IMG/VR virus record: IMGVR_UViG_3300020042_007772
Span: 1-61,926 of that record
Direction: 5' to 3' (one strand)
From: a virus
Lineage: Duplodnaviria; Caudoviricetes
Length of the DNA stretch: 61,926 bases
Positions 15,642-26,442 of the stretch are shown here, piece after piece (the first letter of the stretch is position 1; every line of letters begins with the position of its first letter). The notes under the pieces are model-generated. The model had not been told where the DNA came from. It saw only the letters and a list, made by a program, of their open reading frames with translations, and ran no database searches. The translations under genes were made by a program, and so were the position numbers.

Positions 15642-18600
15642 GCGCAGCAGCAATCTGCCCTATTGTATAGCCCCCAAATGTTCCTGTATCATTTATGATT
15701 CCGGAAGTATTTGTGACAAACGCTGACGCAGTAATTCCGGTTGTTGGCTGAATCACCGGAGTTTTATTCCAAAACGAAAGCTTTTGAGTGGTAGCGGTTC
15801 CAATCTTTGTCCCGGTTGTGGTATTTAGGATGATGTTTTTAGCATCTGCCATAGTAAGATCGCCACTTATATTCAGCGTTGCATTCCGTATTGTAGCGGT
15901 TCCCGTTGTTGCCCCAATTGTCAATGTGGTGGCAGCCCCGAAAGCACTTACGTTGGTGGAAACGGTATTGAACACGGATTGTGTTGCGGCCCCAATAATA
16001 GCACCGACAAGGGTCAATTGACCGTCCCCTCTAAGCTGCATTGCCAATGTTGCCCCTCCATACCAATCAAAGTTAAAACTCGTACCATTGTTTGCTACTG
16101 ACGACCACATAGAAGTAGTGGTCATCCCTAGTGCAAAGTCAACCGTAGAGGCCCCTTGTGTGTTTGCCAGAACAATTTTTGTTCCGTCTGATCTTAACCC
16201 AACCCCGATAACAGGCGCACCGGCACCGGTTGAACCAAAGTCAATCCATCGAGGGGCCGATCCCCCACTAAGCACAATTGATCCTGCCGTTTTTGACCCA
16301 TTCCCCGAAACGGTAATAGCCGTTCCGTTGACGCTGAAGGTTGCTGCCCCCGTAAATGTCTTGGCCCCTGCAATGGTTTGTGTTCCGGTGGATACCATGC
16401 CGGGGTTGGTGGCATCCGCAGGACCAAACGTAATAGTGGTGGATGCTATCGTAGCACCATTGGCTTGAGATGAAGCAGAGAAAGTTCCCACCGTCGTCAC
16501 ACCCGACCCGCTTACCGTTGTCCAGCTTAATGGATACACACCGCCCGAAAGAGTACCTGCCGTAAGCACTTGCCCGTTGGTTGGAGCTGTTACCGGCCAT
16601 GAATAGGTAAGGCTTGCTGCCATAGCTACCGATTTGAAAGCCGTGTAATCCGTTCCTCCGGCAGAAGGCTCTAAAAAACGAAGTTCCGCAGCCGATGCTC
16701 CACCTCCAAGATTGATTGCCGCACCCGTACCTCCAATGTTCATTGTGGTAGCGGCCCCGCCAAAGTTTATGGTGGTGGCAGTGGTGTTTAACAGGGCAAA
16801 TGATGTTGACCCCGTAACAAGCGATGTGGTGAGCGTAGGACTTGTTGCTAAAACAATATTTCCCGATCCGGTTGATGAATTTCCTAATAACGTAAACGTG
16901 CCACTTGCGTCCGGTAATGTGTACGTCTGTGCTGTCGTCGCACCAAATACTAAAGACGAAGCGTATGCAGCGTTGTTGATGATAAACCCAAATCCATTGG
17001 AGGCTGCTGCAAGGCCATAGATGGTATTACTATTTGCTATACCAGAAACCGCAGAAGATTGATGCCTGAAGTGCATATGACCTGCGCCTCCCGTTCCATT
17101 TACTCTGACGGAAAGAAATGTAGCATTACCAGATGCATCCATTGATGCCCCTGTTGGTTCTCCGATGGTAAGCCCACCAGTGCCATTGTAAACGGCAAAG
17201 TTGTTGGCAACCACCGATGGCCCCGGTCCTGTCACGTTGCCAGACCCCGTAGCAGACAATGTTCCAGCGGAAAATGAGATTCCGGTTCCTATAGTTACAT
17301 TACTAAATCCTCCTAACCCATTGCCGTAAAGAATAGATGTGCCAGATGTAGCAGGAGCGTAGTCTGTTCCTGCTGTGGCAGCAGAAATAGCCGTTCCATT
17401 TCCCTTTAATAAGCCCGTTATACTTGTTGTCAGCGTGATGGCTGGAGTTGTTGTATCCGTAGCAACTGTACCAGCAAAGCCGTTAGCAGACACCACCGAA
17501 ACCGTAGTAACCGTTCCACTTCCACCTGTTGCGTTTAATGTAGTTCCTGTTAATGAAAGATTAGTACCTAAAGTAATTTCCTCCATTACACCAGTTCCTG
17601 CCGTGCCTCTGCCAACAAGTTTATTGGTAGACATGGATGTGGTAATCGTGCCACTTGTGGTTATCGTACCACCGCTTATAAGCCCTGCTGTTGCTATTGA
17701 TGTCACCGTTCCGCTTCCACCAGCTACTTGCCAGCTACCAGCACCAGTAGTGTTCGTAGCAGTCCAAACGTACCCAACAGTTGAACTAGTTTCCAGTAAG
17801 GCTCCGTTGATTTGTGGGCTTGTTAATGTTTTGTTAGTCAGTGTTTGAGTAGCAGCCAATCCTACCAATGTGTCAGACCCTGCAAACAATGTAAGTACTG
17901 TTGTACCCAAAGCACCCGTAACAGGCCGAAGTTCAACTGTTCCCGAAGTAGCATTAGTGAGCAACAGCCCTCCTACCGACGCCCCAATTACGCCTAACGT
18001 CAGTTTTGAAACTCCATCCGTGGTAAATCCACTTCCCACTTTTATATCCGTACCGCCATTTCCTAAAACTAAAGAATTAAGAGTAAGTGTACCCGTGTTG
18101 GTAACGGTTCCTGTGCCAGTGGCAATTGATGACATAACACCAAGCGCATCAATTTGTAACGTTGCTGGGTCAAGAGTTATTTGTCTGAAATCTTGTGCGC
18201 CTAAAATATCTGGCGTTCCCACCAATATCTGTGGGCCTGTAGCTTGTATAAATTTATCGAACGTAACTGCGTTTGGCTCAATAGTAGCAACACCAGTGGT
18301 ATCTATAGTCCAATCCCCTGATGGTGTTACTCCAGCAGCAAGATCGGACAGATTTCCTACAAAGATTTGTCCACTCAGAAGGTTATCTGAAAGTTTTTGA
18401 TCTAAGATTGTCTGTAAATTTGTTACCTGCGAAATGGCAATGTCTGGAATATCACCGGCCACAAGCAATTCCCAGGAAGGATTGCCGGATGAAACCGACC
18501 GAAGGAATCTGTTGGTTGCAGAACTATTTGCACCTAGCCTGGTTGGTGTTCCCGATGCCCCACCATAGATAATATCACCGGCAGTATTCATTGGGTTGGT

Positions 18601-19863
18601 CAGGGCCGTCAGTGTTGCCCATGCCATTGTCACCGTTGCCCCGACTATCGTTCCAGACAAGTATTGCGTTCCAGATGGGTCTGATGTTGGTAGGTCAAAT
18701 ATCCTTGAAGCAGCGCCTGGGCTAGTCCCCCGAATAGTTTGGGTGAAGGCATTGGTGCTGTTTTTTAAAACAATGGTTCCGGCAGTAACCCCAGCATCAC
18801 CAGAGGTCAAAGCCCCTGTTACAGATAATGAAGTACCAGATGCCACCCCTATGATTGGAGTTATAAATGTCGGGGTGTTATTGAACACCAAAAGACCCGT
18901 TCCTGTTTCATCTGATATGACAGAAGCAAGTTGAGCCGACGTTGTGGCTGCAAAATAATCTAGCCTGTTTGTGTTTAGGGCAATAGTACCCGTTGCGGCT
19001 TGAAGCGTTTGAATGCTACTTCCTGCATTAGCAGAAGGAACGATTGCTACAAATCCAGATGTAGACCCATTAAAAGAAATCTCTGATGCGGACTGAATAC
19101 TTCCGGTATCCCCAATAATTACAACGCTTCCTTGAATTAATTTCCCAGTAACTCCATCCCATCGAACAACGGTGTTGTTTACCGAAGAAGCCGGCCCTAC
19201 AACATCTCCACCAGATAATGTTGCAAAAGCATATCCGGCACCAGACTTGATAATTGCTTGCCCATTAACACCAGAAGCAAAATCAAGATTGCCTAATCCA
19301 CCATAGGCCACACCGATATTAGATGCCTGCCACGATCCTTCGTCGATGATGTTGAATTTTGCCACTCCATCGAGGCCAAACTGAACAATGCCTGATGAAG
19401 CCCCGATGTTTAGCGTGTCGCCTTCGTTGAGAACATCAATCCCTAGTCCGTCAGTCCCAAAAATAATATTCCCCGACATCGTGCCTCCTGCTAGTGGCAG
19501 GTAGGTATCAAACTTGTCAATGAGGTCAAGCTGGTCGTTAATGTTACCGATGATTAATCCCCACTGGGTCGCAGTTACTGTTGTATTGCCAAATACTAGT
19601 GTTACCTGGAATACATTTGGTGTGGGAACTTCGTCCAATCTGGCATTGTCAACCAATAATGTCAACAACCTAAGACGAAGATCATCCAACTGAGCCGTGT
19701 CGTTAGCACCCGTCAACCATGTAGTATACCGGTTAATCTTGTCTATTTCCGTCATGGCATCACCTTGCCCAGCAAGTATTTCTGCGGCTTCAATGCCAAG
19801 ATCAGCAATTACAAGCGTTGCACGAGCGGAGTAAGTGGATAAATCGTCGAGATAGTTAGGCAT
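15616..19863 (-). CDS. Tail fibre protein (1415 aa)
   Basis: Gly/Thr/Ser-rich; YLPLAGGTMSG, TQTLTNKTL and GSGTVTS repeats typical of phage fibres. Confidence 0.88.
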   Translation of the reverse strand: MPNYLDDLSTYSARATLVIADLGIEAAEILAGQGDAMTEIDKINRYTTWLTGANDTAQLDDLRLRLLTLLVDNARLDEVPTPNVFQVTLVFGNTTVTATQWGLIIGNINDQLDLIDKFDTYLPLAGGTMSGNIIFGTDGLGIDVLNEGDTLNIGASSGIVQFGLDGVAKFNIIDEGSWQASNIGVAYGGLGNLDFASGVNGQAIIKSGAGYAFATLSGGDVVGPASSVNNTVVRWDGVTGKLIQGSVVIIGDTGSIQSASEISFNGSTSGFVAIVPSANAGSSIQTLQAATGTIALNTNRLDYFAATTSAQLASVISDETGTGLLVFNNTPTFITPIIGVASGTSLSVTGALTSGDAGVTAGTIVLKNSTNAFTQTIRGTSPGAASRIFDLPTSDPSGTQYLSGTIVGATVTMAWATLTALTNPMNTAGDIIYGGASGTPTRLGANSSATNRFLRSVSSGNPSWELLVAGDIPDIAISQVTNLQTILDQKLSDNLLSGQIFVGNLSDLAAGVTPSGDWTIDTTGVATIEPNAVTFDKFIQATGPQILVGTPDILGAQDFRQITLDPATLQIDALGVMSSIATGTGTVTNTGTLTLNSLVLGNGGTDIKVGSGFTTDGVSKLTLGVIGASVGGLLLTNATSGTVELRPVTGALGTTVLTLFAGSDTLVGLAATQTLTNKTLTSPQINGALLETSSTVGYVWTATNTTGAGSWQVAGGSGTVTSIATAGLISGGTITTSGTITTSMSTNKLVGRGTAGTGVMEEITLGTNLSLTGTTLNATGGSGTVTTVSVVSANGFAGTVATDTTTPAITLTTSITGLLKGNGTAISAATAGTDYAPATSGTSILYGNGLGGFSNVTIGTGISFSAGTLSATGSGNVTGPGPSVVANNFAVYNGTGGLTIGEPTGASMDASGNATFLSVRVNGTGGAGHMHFRHQSSAVSGIANSNTIYGLAAASNGFGFIINNAAYASSLVFGATTAQTYTLPDASGTFTLLGNSSTGSGNIVLATSPTLTTSLVTGSTSFALLNTTATTINFGGAATTMNIGGTGAAINLGGGASAAELRFLEPSAGGTDYTAFKSVAMAASLTYSWPVTAPTNGQVLTAGTLSGGVYPLSWTTVSGSGVTTVGTFSASSQANGATIASTTITFGPADATNPGMVSTGTQTIAGAKTFTGAATFSVNGTAITVSGNGSKTAGSIVLSGGSAPRWIDFGSTGAGAPVIGVGLRSDGTKIVLANTQGASTVDFALGMTTTSMWSSVANNGTSFNFDWYGGATLAMQLRGDGQLTLVGAIIGAATQSVFNTVSTNVSAFGAATTLTIGATTGTATIRNATLNISGDLTMADAKNIILNTTTGTKIGTATTQKLSFWNKTPVIQPTTGITASAFVTNTSGIINDTGTFGGYTIGQIAAALIQVGILA

Positions 19864-20497
19864 TACAAATACAAATTTGATTGCTGTTAAGTTGATCTAA
19901 AATTGCTTGCGCTCCAAGCCAATATGGTAATGCCGAAGCAGCTTCTACTCCATCACCAGAAGCAATATCACAACAACTATAAGCGCCTTGTAGCAGTGCT
20001 TTTCTGATTGCATATTCACTACAATCACACCTACCTCCAGACCAAGCGTTGTTCAATCGCCTACGGGCATCATTTACCATATTGATGGCATCAAAATCTG
20101 TAATAACATATGTTTGACCAACAGCGCCGCTATTAGCCAAAGACATAAATTGTGCAAAATTGTATCCGGCTGCCAATAGGTCGGCGTAGATAAGCGTATC
20201 ATCCACCACCAATTCCACCACTTGGTATACACCGGGCGTTCGGCCTGTAATAGGAAAAATCCCATCTTGAGTATTTGGGATAATTACGTTTGCCGGATCC
20301 GTAAATGGCACTTGCCGCAAAAAAAACCAGACGTTCACCTCATCTAAAGCGGGGCGTTCCGCTGTCCCAGACCCAGATGGTGCAAAGCCACCTGGGGTTT
20401 CAGGATATTCACCAGTATTATCTTCAACCGAAATGTAAGTTAAATCGGTTGCAATTGTAACTAGCGGCCTAACAACAAGATCACTATATGACGGCAT
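19856..20497 (-). CDS. Probable tail hub/adaptor structural protein
   Basis: VEDNTGEY...PGGF N-terminal motif, Cys-rich C-terminus, directly upstream of fibre gene. Confidence 0.55.
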   Translation of the reverse strand: MPSYSDLVVRPLVTIATDLTYISVEDNTGEYPETPGGFAPSGSGTAERPALDEVNVWFFLRQVPFTDPANVIIPNTQDGIFPITGRTPGVYQVVELVVDDTLIYADLLAAGYNFAQFMSLANSGAVGQTYVITDFDAINMVNDARRRLNNAWSGGRCDCSEYAIRKALLQGAYSCCDIASGDGVEAASALPYWLGAQAILDQLNSNQICICNA

Positions 20498-20684
20498 CGT
20501 ATTTTAAAGAAGCTTTATCCAACAAATATGCAGCCCGAACGATATCGTTATTGGCGGTGCTAAAATTAATATCGGCAACCAACGCCTCCATCTGAAAAGC
20601 GACAGGATCAGGGCCAGCATTTGTTTGCCGTCCCTGATCGGCAGCCCGTTCGTACATGGCGGTAGTTAGTTGCTCGATAGTCAT
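20484..20684 (-). CDS. Hypothetical virion-cluster protein
   Basis: Coupled ORF in the structural operon. Confidence 0.6.
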   Translation of the reverse strand: MTIEQLTTAMYERAADQGRQTNAGPDPVAFQMEALVADINFSTANNDIVRAAYLLDKASLKYDAVI

Positions 20685-21631
20685 TACAATTCGACTTTAC
20701 TAGGTACGGCTAAGTCACTTTTAATTGTCAACTCTGCACCATTCTGCTTGTTTAAAGCAATCTGATGAGCATCAACTTTACGTTGAAGTTGTTCGTATGC
20801 TTTCTTGCCTTCCGGAGTTCTAAACTGTTTAATAAGTTGATTCTCAAAAGCCACCTTTTGTTTTTCTGGTGGGAAGTTCGGGTCGAAATCCATTGCTTTG
20901 GATTTGTTATCCGTGTAGCGAATTTGCTCTGTAGTAATGTCAACCTCAATAATTTGCAAGTTGAAAGCCGCTTGAATCAATGCCCGTCTTTCGATGTTTG
21001 CCATGTCTTCCTTGAATCCCAAAATGGTATCCGGAGAACTCTGGCAGATTTTACGCATAGCTAGTTTCTTGGCTTCTAGTCCGCCAGCAAGTTGCATGAG
21101 GTCGGCCAATGCTTCAATCTCGCCTTTCTTTAACTGATTGAAGAAGCTAATTGCGTTATCAATCTTGCGAAGTTTTTCCATCTCACGTTTGGCATCAGCT
21201 TCTTTGTCTTCTACGTAGAAAGAATACGTGCCTTTAACTCCCAGAACATTGTCTTTATTTTCTGGGTAAATCTGAACATACTTCCAGATGATTTGGTGTT
21301 CTGGATTATCCTTGGATAGCACCAACTTGCCTGCCAGAAAAGCTGGGTGAGCAAAAATTTCTTTACCATCATTCTCGCCGGTAACGAATCCTACGCTATA
21401 TGTTTTGTTGTCGTAATTAATAGACCACTTCTTACGAAGGTAATTTCGTGCCTGGATAGGAAGTGATACATTTTGAACGGTGTCGTTCCCCATTGGGACT
21501 TGCATGATTGCCTCACGCTTTTCAAACATACGGAGAACAACTGTGTTCTCCAACGGGCGAAGTAACTCTTCTACCGCTTGCGGCAGATCGTTGAGGATGG
21601 TTTGTTTTGCTGATACTGTTAATTGTGCCAT
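20684..21631 (-). CDS. Protein following the MCP gene (crAss-like cluster protein)
   Basis: GKLVLSKDNP..Q, FYVEDKEADAKRE; position matches crAss-like capsid modules. Confidence 0.65.
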   Translation of the reverse strand: MAQLTVSAKQTILNDLPQAVEELLRPLENTVVLRMFEKREAIMQVPMGNDTVQNVSLPIQARNYLRKKWSINYDNKTYSVGFVTGENDGKEIFAHPAFLAGKLVLSKDNPEHQIIWKYVQIYPENKDNVLGVKGTYSFYVEDKEADAKREMEKLRKIDNAISFFNQLKKGEIEALADLMQLAGGLEAKKLAMRKICQSSPDTILGFKEDMANIERRALIQAAFNLQIIEVDITTEQIRYTDNKSKAMDFDPNFPPEKQKVAFENQLIKQFRTPEGKKAYEQLQRKVDAHQIALNKQNGAELTIKSDLAVPSKVEL

Positions 21632-21637
21632 AAAATA

Positions 21638-21671
21638 TAAAAAATAAGGGGCAACCGGTGTAGGTTGCCCC
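21638..21671 (-). terminator. Rho-independent terminator after MCP
   Basis: GGGGCAACC/GGTTGCCCC 9-bp stem followed by T-rich tract on the minus strand. Confidence 0.8.
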
Positions 21672-21678
21672 CAGGTTG

Positions 21679-23133
21679 TTACTTAGTTACAAGAATCATC
21701 TTTTGGGCGTTGTAGGTTGTTACACCGAACTCCTCAATCAATGTTTCTTTGAAACGCTCGTTTCCGAAGTTTGCCGGATTCTGATCGTATACACGAACTC
21801 TTGCCCGTCCACCTCCGAATGCAGTCACACCCTCACGAACCTTCAAGCCGAAGCTTAATCCTTGCATGGTCTTGCCATTGAAGGAGATGGTTCCGTTAGA
21901 TGCTTGCATCAAAAGGATTGACTGACGATAGTAAGAATCGTTCACGTTGCCTTTGGCAATTACGTTGTGATCAAATTCAACCGGAATCTTGGTGTGAACC
22001 GAAATATCCAAAAGGTTGACCGACTTGTAACCCAAAGAAACACCGTGTTCCATTGCAGAATTGGCATCCATTGGCTTCATTCCGCCAGACATAGCATCGA
22101 ACTTGTTTGCGAATGAATCGTAAACTACGGCACCGTTCTGGAAGAAAGTTCCAAACAAAGTATCCCACTCTTGCTTCCGGTTTGGCCCGATGTAAGCAAT
22201 TAGTTCGTTACCAATCAATCCACGACGTGCTTGTTGAGCAATTGTGTAAAGATCATCGATATCCATCAGACCAGGAGTGATTGCAAGTTTAGTTGCAAAC
22301 TGATCGGCAGTTGGATAAAGACCAGTAGTGGTTGTGAATGCTTTGGAAACACCATCCACGGTAGCTGAGTAATTAGCACCGTTTGCAAACAATACCGCAA
22401 AGGCTTTCTTCACCTGGCTTCTTACAGTAAGAGCCAAACGCTGACGACCAATGTAGTACTGAGTTGATCCGTCTGTACCAATCATAATGTTCTGCTCTTG
22501 ATTTGCCATGTCAGCGATGATTTCATCGGTGGCAGTCATCATGTAGTGCAGATTGGTTTTGAATCGGGTATCACGGATAGCCACACCATCAGGAAAATCC
22601 TGACCAGCTACCTGAGAAGAGAACGGGAAGGAAACCTCATCACCAAAAGCGATTACCGAAGTATCGTTCAGAGCGAAATCGGTTGAATCACCTCTTGACA
22701 ATGTGATGGTATGAACCGCATCGGTTACAGTTCCTGTTTTGGCTGTTACCAAAGCAGAGAATTTGTCGTTACCAAGAATAGCACTGTCACCCACGTTACC
22801 AGGAGAAGCATAGTATCCAGAAGCACCAACTGCATTCACTTGGAAAGTGATAGAAGCAGCAGATGAGGATGCAATGAATCCTACGGTAGCAGACGTAAAG
22901 TACGAACCTGTTTGGTAGTGATAGTTTTCAGTCGTTGTTGTAACTTCCTCACGACCCATTGATTTCATGTCTGCGGCTACGCCACGGTCAAGAATGAATT
23001 TGTCGTCATAGGCAATTACAATGTCCGGACGAATGTTCTTTACCAGAAGAATTTGATCTGGCGAGTATTGCAGGATGTTACCTGCGGCTTGTCCTTGTCC
23101 CGAAGGGATCGAAGGATTTGGAAACTGTTCCAT
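21679..23133 (-). CDS. Major capsid protein
   Basis: 484 aa; after portal and acidic scaffold-like gene; followed by a strong terminator; TTTGL and C-terminal EFGV patterns of crAss-like MCPs. Confidence 0.8.
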   Translation of the reverse strand: MEQFPNPSIPSGQGQAAGNILQYSPDQILLVKNIRPDIVIAYDDKFILDRGVAADMKSMGREEVTTTTENYHYQTGSYFTSATVGFIASSSAASITFQVNAVGASGYYASPGNVGDSAILGNDKFSALVTAKTGTVTDAVHTITLSRGDSTDFALNDTSVIAFGDEVSFPFSSQVAGQDFPDGVAIRDTRFKTNLHYMMTATDEIIADMANQEQNIMIGTDGSTQYYIGRQRLALTVRSQVKKAFAVLFANGANYSATVDGVSKAFTTTTGLYPTADQFATKLAITPGLMDIDDLYTIAQQARRGLIGNELIAYIGPNRKQEWDTLFGTFFQNGAVVYDSFANKFDAMSGGMKPMDANSAMEHGVSLGYKSVNLLDISVHTKIPVEFDHNVIAKGNVNDSYYRQSILLMQASNGTISFNGKTMQGLSFGLKVREGVTAFGGGRARVRVYDQNPANFGNERFKETLIEEFGVTTYNAQKMILVTK

Positions 23134-23142
23134 GGTTTGTTG

Positions 23143-24108
23143 TTAAAATTTTAGTGGTACTACTGTTCCGTCTGGCAGTCTTGCTACATTCGGGTTTCCG
23201 CCAGAGTTACCCGGAGTGTAAGAGGCTGGTGGATTGAGTTTGCCATCGTACTCTTTTGCCATTTCGGCCCTGCCAAGCGACCGTCCTTGCTCAAGAGCCT
23301 TCTGAATCCATTCTTTGTGATTGGCGACCACAAAGCGATCCTGGACAATTTTGTTGACGTTCAATCCACCGTCATTTTCGTAGAAGTATTCTTCCAAGCC
23401 AAGGAAGGGGCTACTATCCACGGACCCAAGAACTTTGGCTTTAAATTCTTGAGCAATTTTGGGATCAAGGGAAGCTGCAATTTCTTGCGGCAGTCCATTA
23501 TACCCTAATTCAATTGCTTGCAGTTCCTTCCGATAAGAATCAACCCTCTGGGCTTCTTGTTCGGCGGTTGGTTGGTTGCTGTATGACTGGGCATCAAGAC
23601 CCCTCATGGCTTCGACTGTTTGGCGGGCTTGCTCCTGTCTTTCTTTCACCGCTGACCTTGTGTTCTCCACCGTCCGCATGAATGCAAGTGCCTTGGTAGG
23701 CGTCAGGCCATAGTTCTCCGCTTCTGGGTCTAGGCTATAAAGATCGTTATCGAGGTGTTCTTGGAAAGCTTGTTCAATCAAACTTTCTGGCGCACCAGGA
23801 ATAGTATTTTCTGAAATCCAACCCAATCTGTATAAATCCAGAGGGTCAACATTGTCATAATCACGAGTAATTTCAGTAAAAGTCTCAGCCGCCATTATAG
23901 GGTCTGAACTTATTTGCCGAATGAATTCAAAATCAATTCCTTCATATGGATCATAATCTGGCTCTAAAGGCTCTGGCTCTGGCGCATAAATTGGTTCCGG
24001 AGCAACAATAGGCTCTGGGGTTGGTGCATCAATCATATTGCCAGTTGGAACTCTAAGTCCACCAGCAAGTTCAATTACTTCAGGGATTTGATCTACTGTT
24101 TCACTCAT
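23143..24108 (-). CDS. Acidic scaffolding-like protein
   Basis: Glu/Pro-rich N-terminus, EQGRSLG near C-terminus, between portal and MCP; start corrected to MSETVDQ. Confidence 0.7.
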   Translation of the reverse strand: MSETVDQIPEVIELAGGLRVPTGNMIDAPTPEPIVAPEPIYAPEPEPLEPDYDPYEGIDFEFIRQISSDPIMAAETFTEITRDYDNVDPLDLYRLGWISENTIPGAPESLIEQAFQEHLDNDLYSLDPEAENYGLTPTKALAFMRTVENTRSAVKERQEQARQTVEAMRGLDAQSYSNQPTAEQEAQRVDSYRKELQAIELGYNGLPQEIAASLDPKIAQEFKAKVLGSVDSSPFLGLEEYFYENDGGLNVNKIVQDRFVVANHKEWIQKALEQGRSLGRAEMAKEYDGKLNPPASYTPGNSGGNPNVARLPDGTVVPLKF

Positions 24109-26437
24109 ATTCTTGTTCTTGTTGTTCAATATCTTGTTCAACACTTTCTGGCAATGGTTCTTCCATCGGCGGCTCTGGAGGTGCCATATTTTGTTGAATC
24201 TGCCCCAAAGTTACCATATTTTTTAAATCAACAAATTTGATTTCATCCTCAAGAACTTGCTTAATCATATCGCCTAACATTCCGGCTTCAAGACCTGCTT
24301 TTACAATCAATGTCTTTCTAGCCTCTTCTTCTTTAGTCTTGATTTCCACAATCTTACTTTGCGTAGTCATTTCTATTGTCTTCTGCTTGGCCGCTTCTGA
24401 TTGTGCTGCCACATCTGCCTGACCTTTGAATGTTGCTTCTTGATTGGCAATCTGAGATTTCTGTAGCATCTTCTGCCGACGAGAACGGCTAACGGCAAGT
24501 TGCAAACTTGCTTGATCGTAGTCATCAATCTTTCGAATCAATACCGCATCAGCCGGGTCAATTTCATTCGCCATCGCAAACTTATCTAAGCTTGCATACA
24601 AGTTCTGCCATTCACCTGGTGATGGAAGAACCGATATTTTGCAGTTGTAAATATTGAGGCCGTGTTTTGCCGGTTCAATTCGGTAAGTCTTGCCCTTGAA
24701 ATTGCCTTGCAATCCCATCTTCTGAGCAATTAGCATCATGTGACGAGAAATCTTTTCGACCAATTTAATCTCGGCAAACACCACTCCATCCAGCACATTG
24801 TCTGTACCGGCTTCAAGCATCTGAGTAACGGCCTTGCCGATTTCGGCAGATTGCTGACCACCTTCCACAGAAGCGGTAATACCGCACATACTAGAAAGCA
24901 AATTCATTTGTGCCGTAAAGGAGTTTAGCAATCGCTCCAGATTAAAAGCGGCAGGATTGTCTTTAAATTGTACCCCTTTGTTTGCCGAACTGTTTGCCAT
25001 CCCTTTGTAAACGGAACTAGAGTAGATGTCAATCCCATACTGCAAAAGCATTTGTATTACATCGCTTGGTTCCATCTTCTTTCCGGCTCCAAGGGAGATG
25101 TCGGTGATGGCATCTAAATCCACGCTGATACCCTGTGGAATCAATCGATAGATTACATTGGAAAGTTGATCCCATGTCTTTTGAGCCATGTCAATACCGG
25201 AAAGCATTTGCTCTAGCAACGTAACCGAATAGCCATAAACCAAGTTCGGTTGCATCCATTTAAAGCCGGATTCAGCCTTGCCTGGGTTGGCTAGTATCTG
25301 GTCTCGTGGATCAACCGGGACAGGTTCACGAACTTGCATAGCAAATCCGCAATCGTAAATGAGATCAGCACCAATGATGTATTTGCCTTTGTAAACGTAT
25401 TGAGGTTGGGCTTTAATCAAGGTGCGATTTTCTTTTTCAACAGTTGGATTCCGTCCGTTTTCGTAAGTGAACGTGCGGGTCTTCTGGTCTGTAGAAATTA
25501 TTTCTGTATCAAGCGAATTGGTTGATATAACCTCAAAGTCTACAACCACATTGTATCGTTCGCCGTAAAGCGTGTTGACCATCTGGTTTGGTGAAGACCG
25601 GAAGTATGGGTATTGCGATACACCACCAGCTGCGGCTTCAATTAACTCGTATTGCTGTGGCGTAAAATAGTCTCCGCATACAGCACGAATGTTCTCCGGT
25701 GCCACAGGAATAATCTCGTAGGCAAACCGCTGATCACGGAAGTCCTGGAACTTGCAGACATTGGTTCCGGCATTCATTGGATTAATTCGCCGAAAAGAAG
25801 TAACACCATTTTGGGTGTCTATTCTAATGCCTCCTATCCCCAATGCAAGTAAGTCGTATCGAACCTCCCTGCGGACTGAGTCTAGTTCACTGTTTTCAAA
25901 AACGCCAGATATAGCTGCTTGCATTTCGGCTTGTGCGTACACAACCGGTTTTGTCATCAGAAATACTTCCAGTTCGTCGTTGGTAAGCGGCAGTTCGTCA
26001 GGCACTATGCCCATTTGCTGCATATACTGATCCATCTGGATACCGGCTTGTTTGGCCTCCATCAGACGGCGAACCTTAAAGGCAAAGTCTTCTTTGAAAT
26101 CGTTAATCCCCGAATCAATCTGTTGAATGTTTGGGGCTACTTTGATTTTGTTTAGTTTGCCGTGAACGGCGTTGATGTACTTCCAGGCAATCTTTAAATT
26201 GCGATGGTTAGCACCAAAGTTAAGAATAGCATTGTTGTTGCGTAGTAAGGACGCATTAGGCTTGTGTCGTATGACTTCCTGGTTTCCGGTTAGATACCGT
26301 GCTAGTTCATAAAACTTTGTCTGCGGAAAGTTCTCCGTATTAAAGTTTCGTAGATGCCAGTCTTGCAAGGTACGACCCCACTCAAGGAGCCATCTCTTGT
26401 CTTTCTGGCTAGCTGGTATATTATCCTTTGGAAACAT
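24101..26437 (-). CDS. Portal protein (crAss-like type)
   Basis: 778 aa; KIAWKYINAVHG, DLLALGIGG, VYKGKYIIG, GISVDLDAI, MCGIT...EG; Gln-rich tail. Confidence 0.85.
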   Translation of the reverse strand: MFPKDNIPASQKDKRWLLEWGRTLQDWHLRNFNTENFPQTKFYELARYLTGNQEVIRHKPNASLLRNNNAILNFGANHRNLKIAWKYINAVHGKLNKIKVAPNIQQIDSGINDFKEDFAFKVRRLMEAKQAGIQMDQYMQQMGIVPDELPLTNDELEVFLMTKPVVYAQAEMQAAISGVFENSELDSVRREVRYDLLALGIGGIRIDTQNGVTSFRRINPMNAGTNVCKFQDFRDQRFAYEIIPVAPENIRAVCGDYFTPQQYELIEAAAGGVSQYPYFRSSPNQMVNTLYGERYNVVVDFEVISTNSLDTEIISTDQKTRTFTYENGRNPTVEKENRTLIKAQPQYVYKGKYIIGADLIYDCGFAMQVREPVPVDPRDQILANPGKAESGFKWMQPNLVYGYSVTLLEQMLSGIDMAQKTWDQLSNVIYRLIPQGISVDLDAITDISLGAGKKMEPSDVIQMLLQYGIDIYSSSVYKGMANSSANKGVQFKDNPAAFNLERLLNSFTAQMNLLSSMCGITASVEGGQQSAEIGKAVTQMLEAGTDNVLDGVVFAEIKLVEKISRHMMLIAQKMGLQGNFKGKTYRIEPAKHGLNIYNCKISVLPSPGEWQNLYASLDKFAMANEIDPADAVLIRKIDDYDQASLQLAVSRSRRQKMLQKSQIANQEATFKGQADVAAQSEAAKQKTIEMTTQSKIVEIKTKEEEARKTLIVKAGLEAGMLGDMIKQVLEDEIKFVDLKNMVTLGQIQQNMAPPEPPMEEPLPESVEQDIEQQEQEYE

Positions 26438-26442
26438 AGTTA

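Noticed and set aside
15788-18934. Many plus-strand ORFs inside the tail fibre gene
   Set aside because: Val/Pro/Ala-rich antisense shadows of Gly/Thr-rich codons, with no motifs
15616-19863. Diversity-generating retroelement acting on the fibre
   Set aside because: No reverse transcriptase and no template/variable repeat pair noticed
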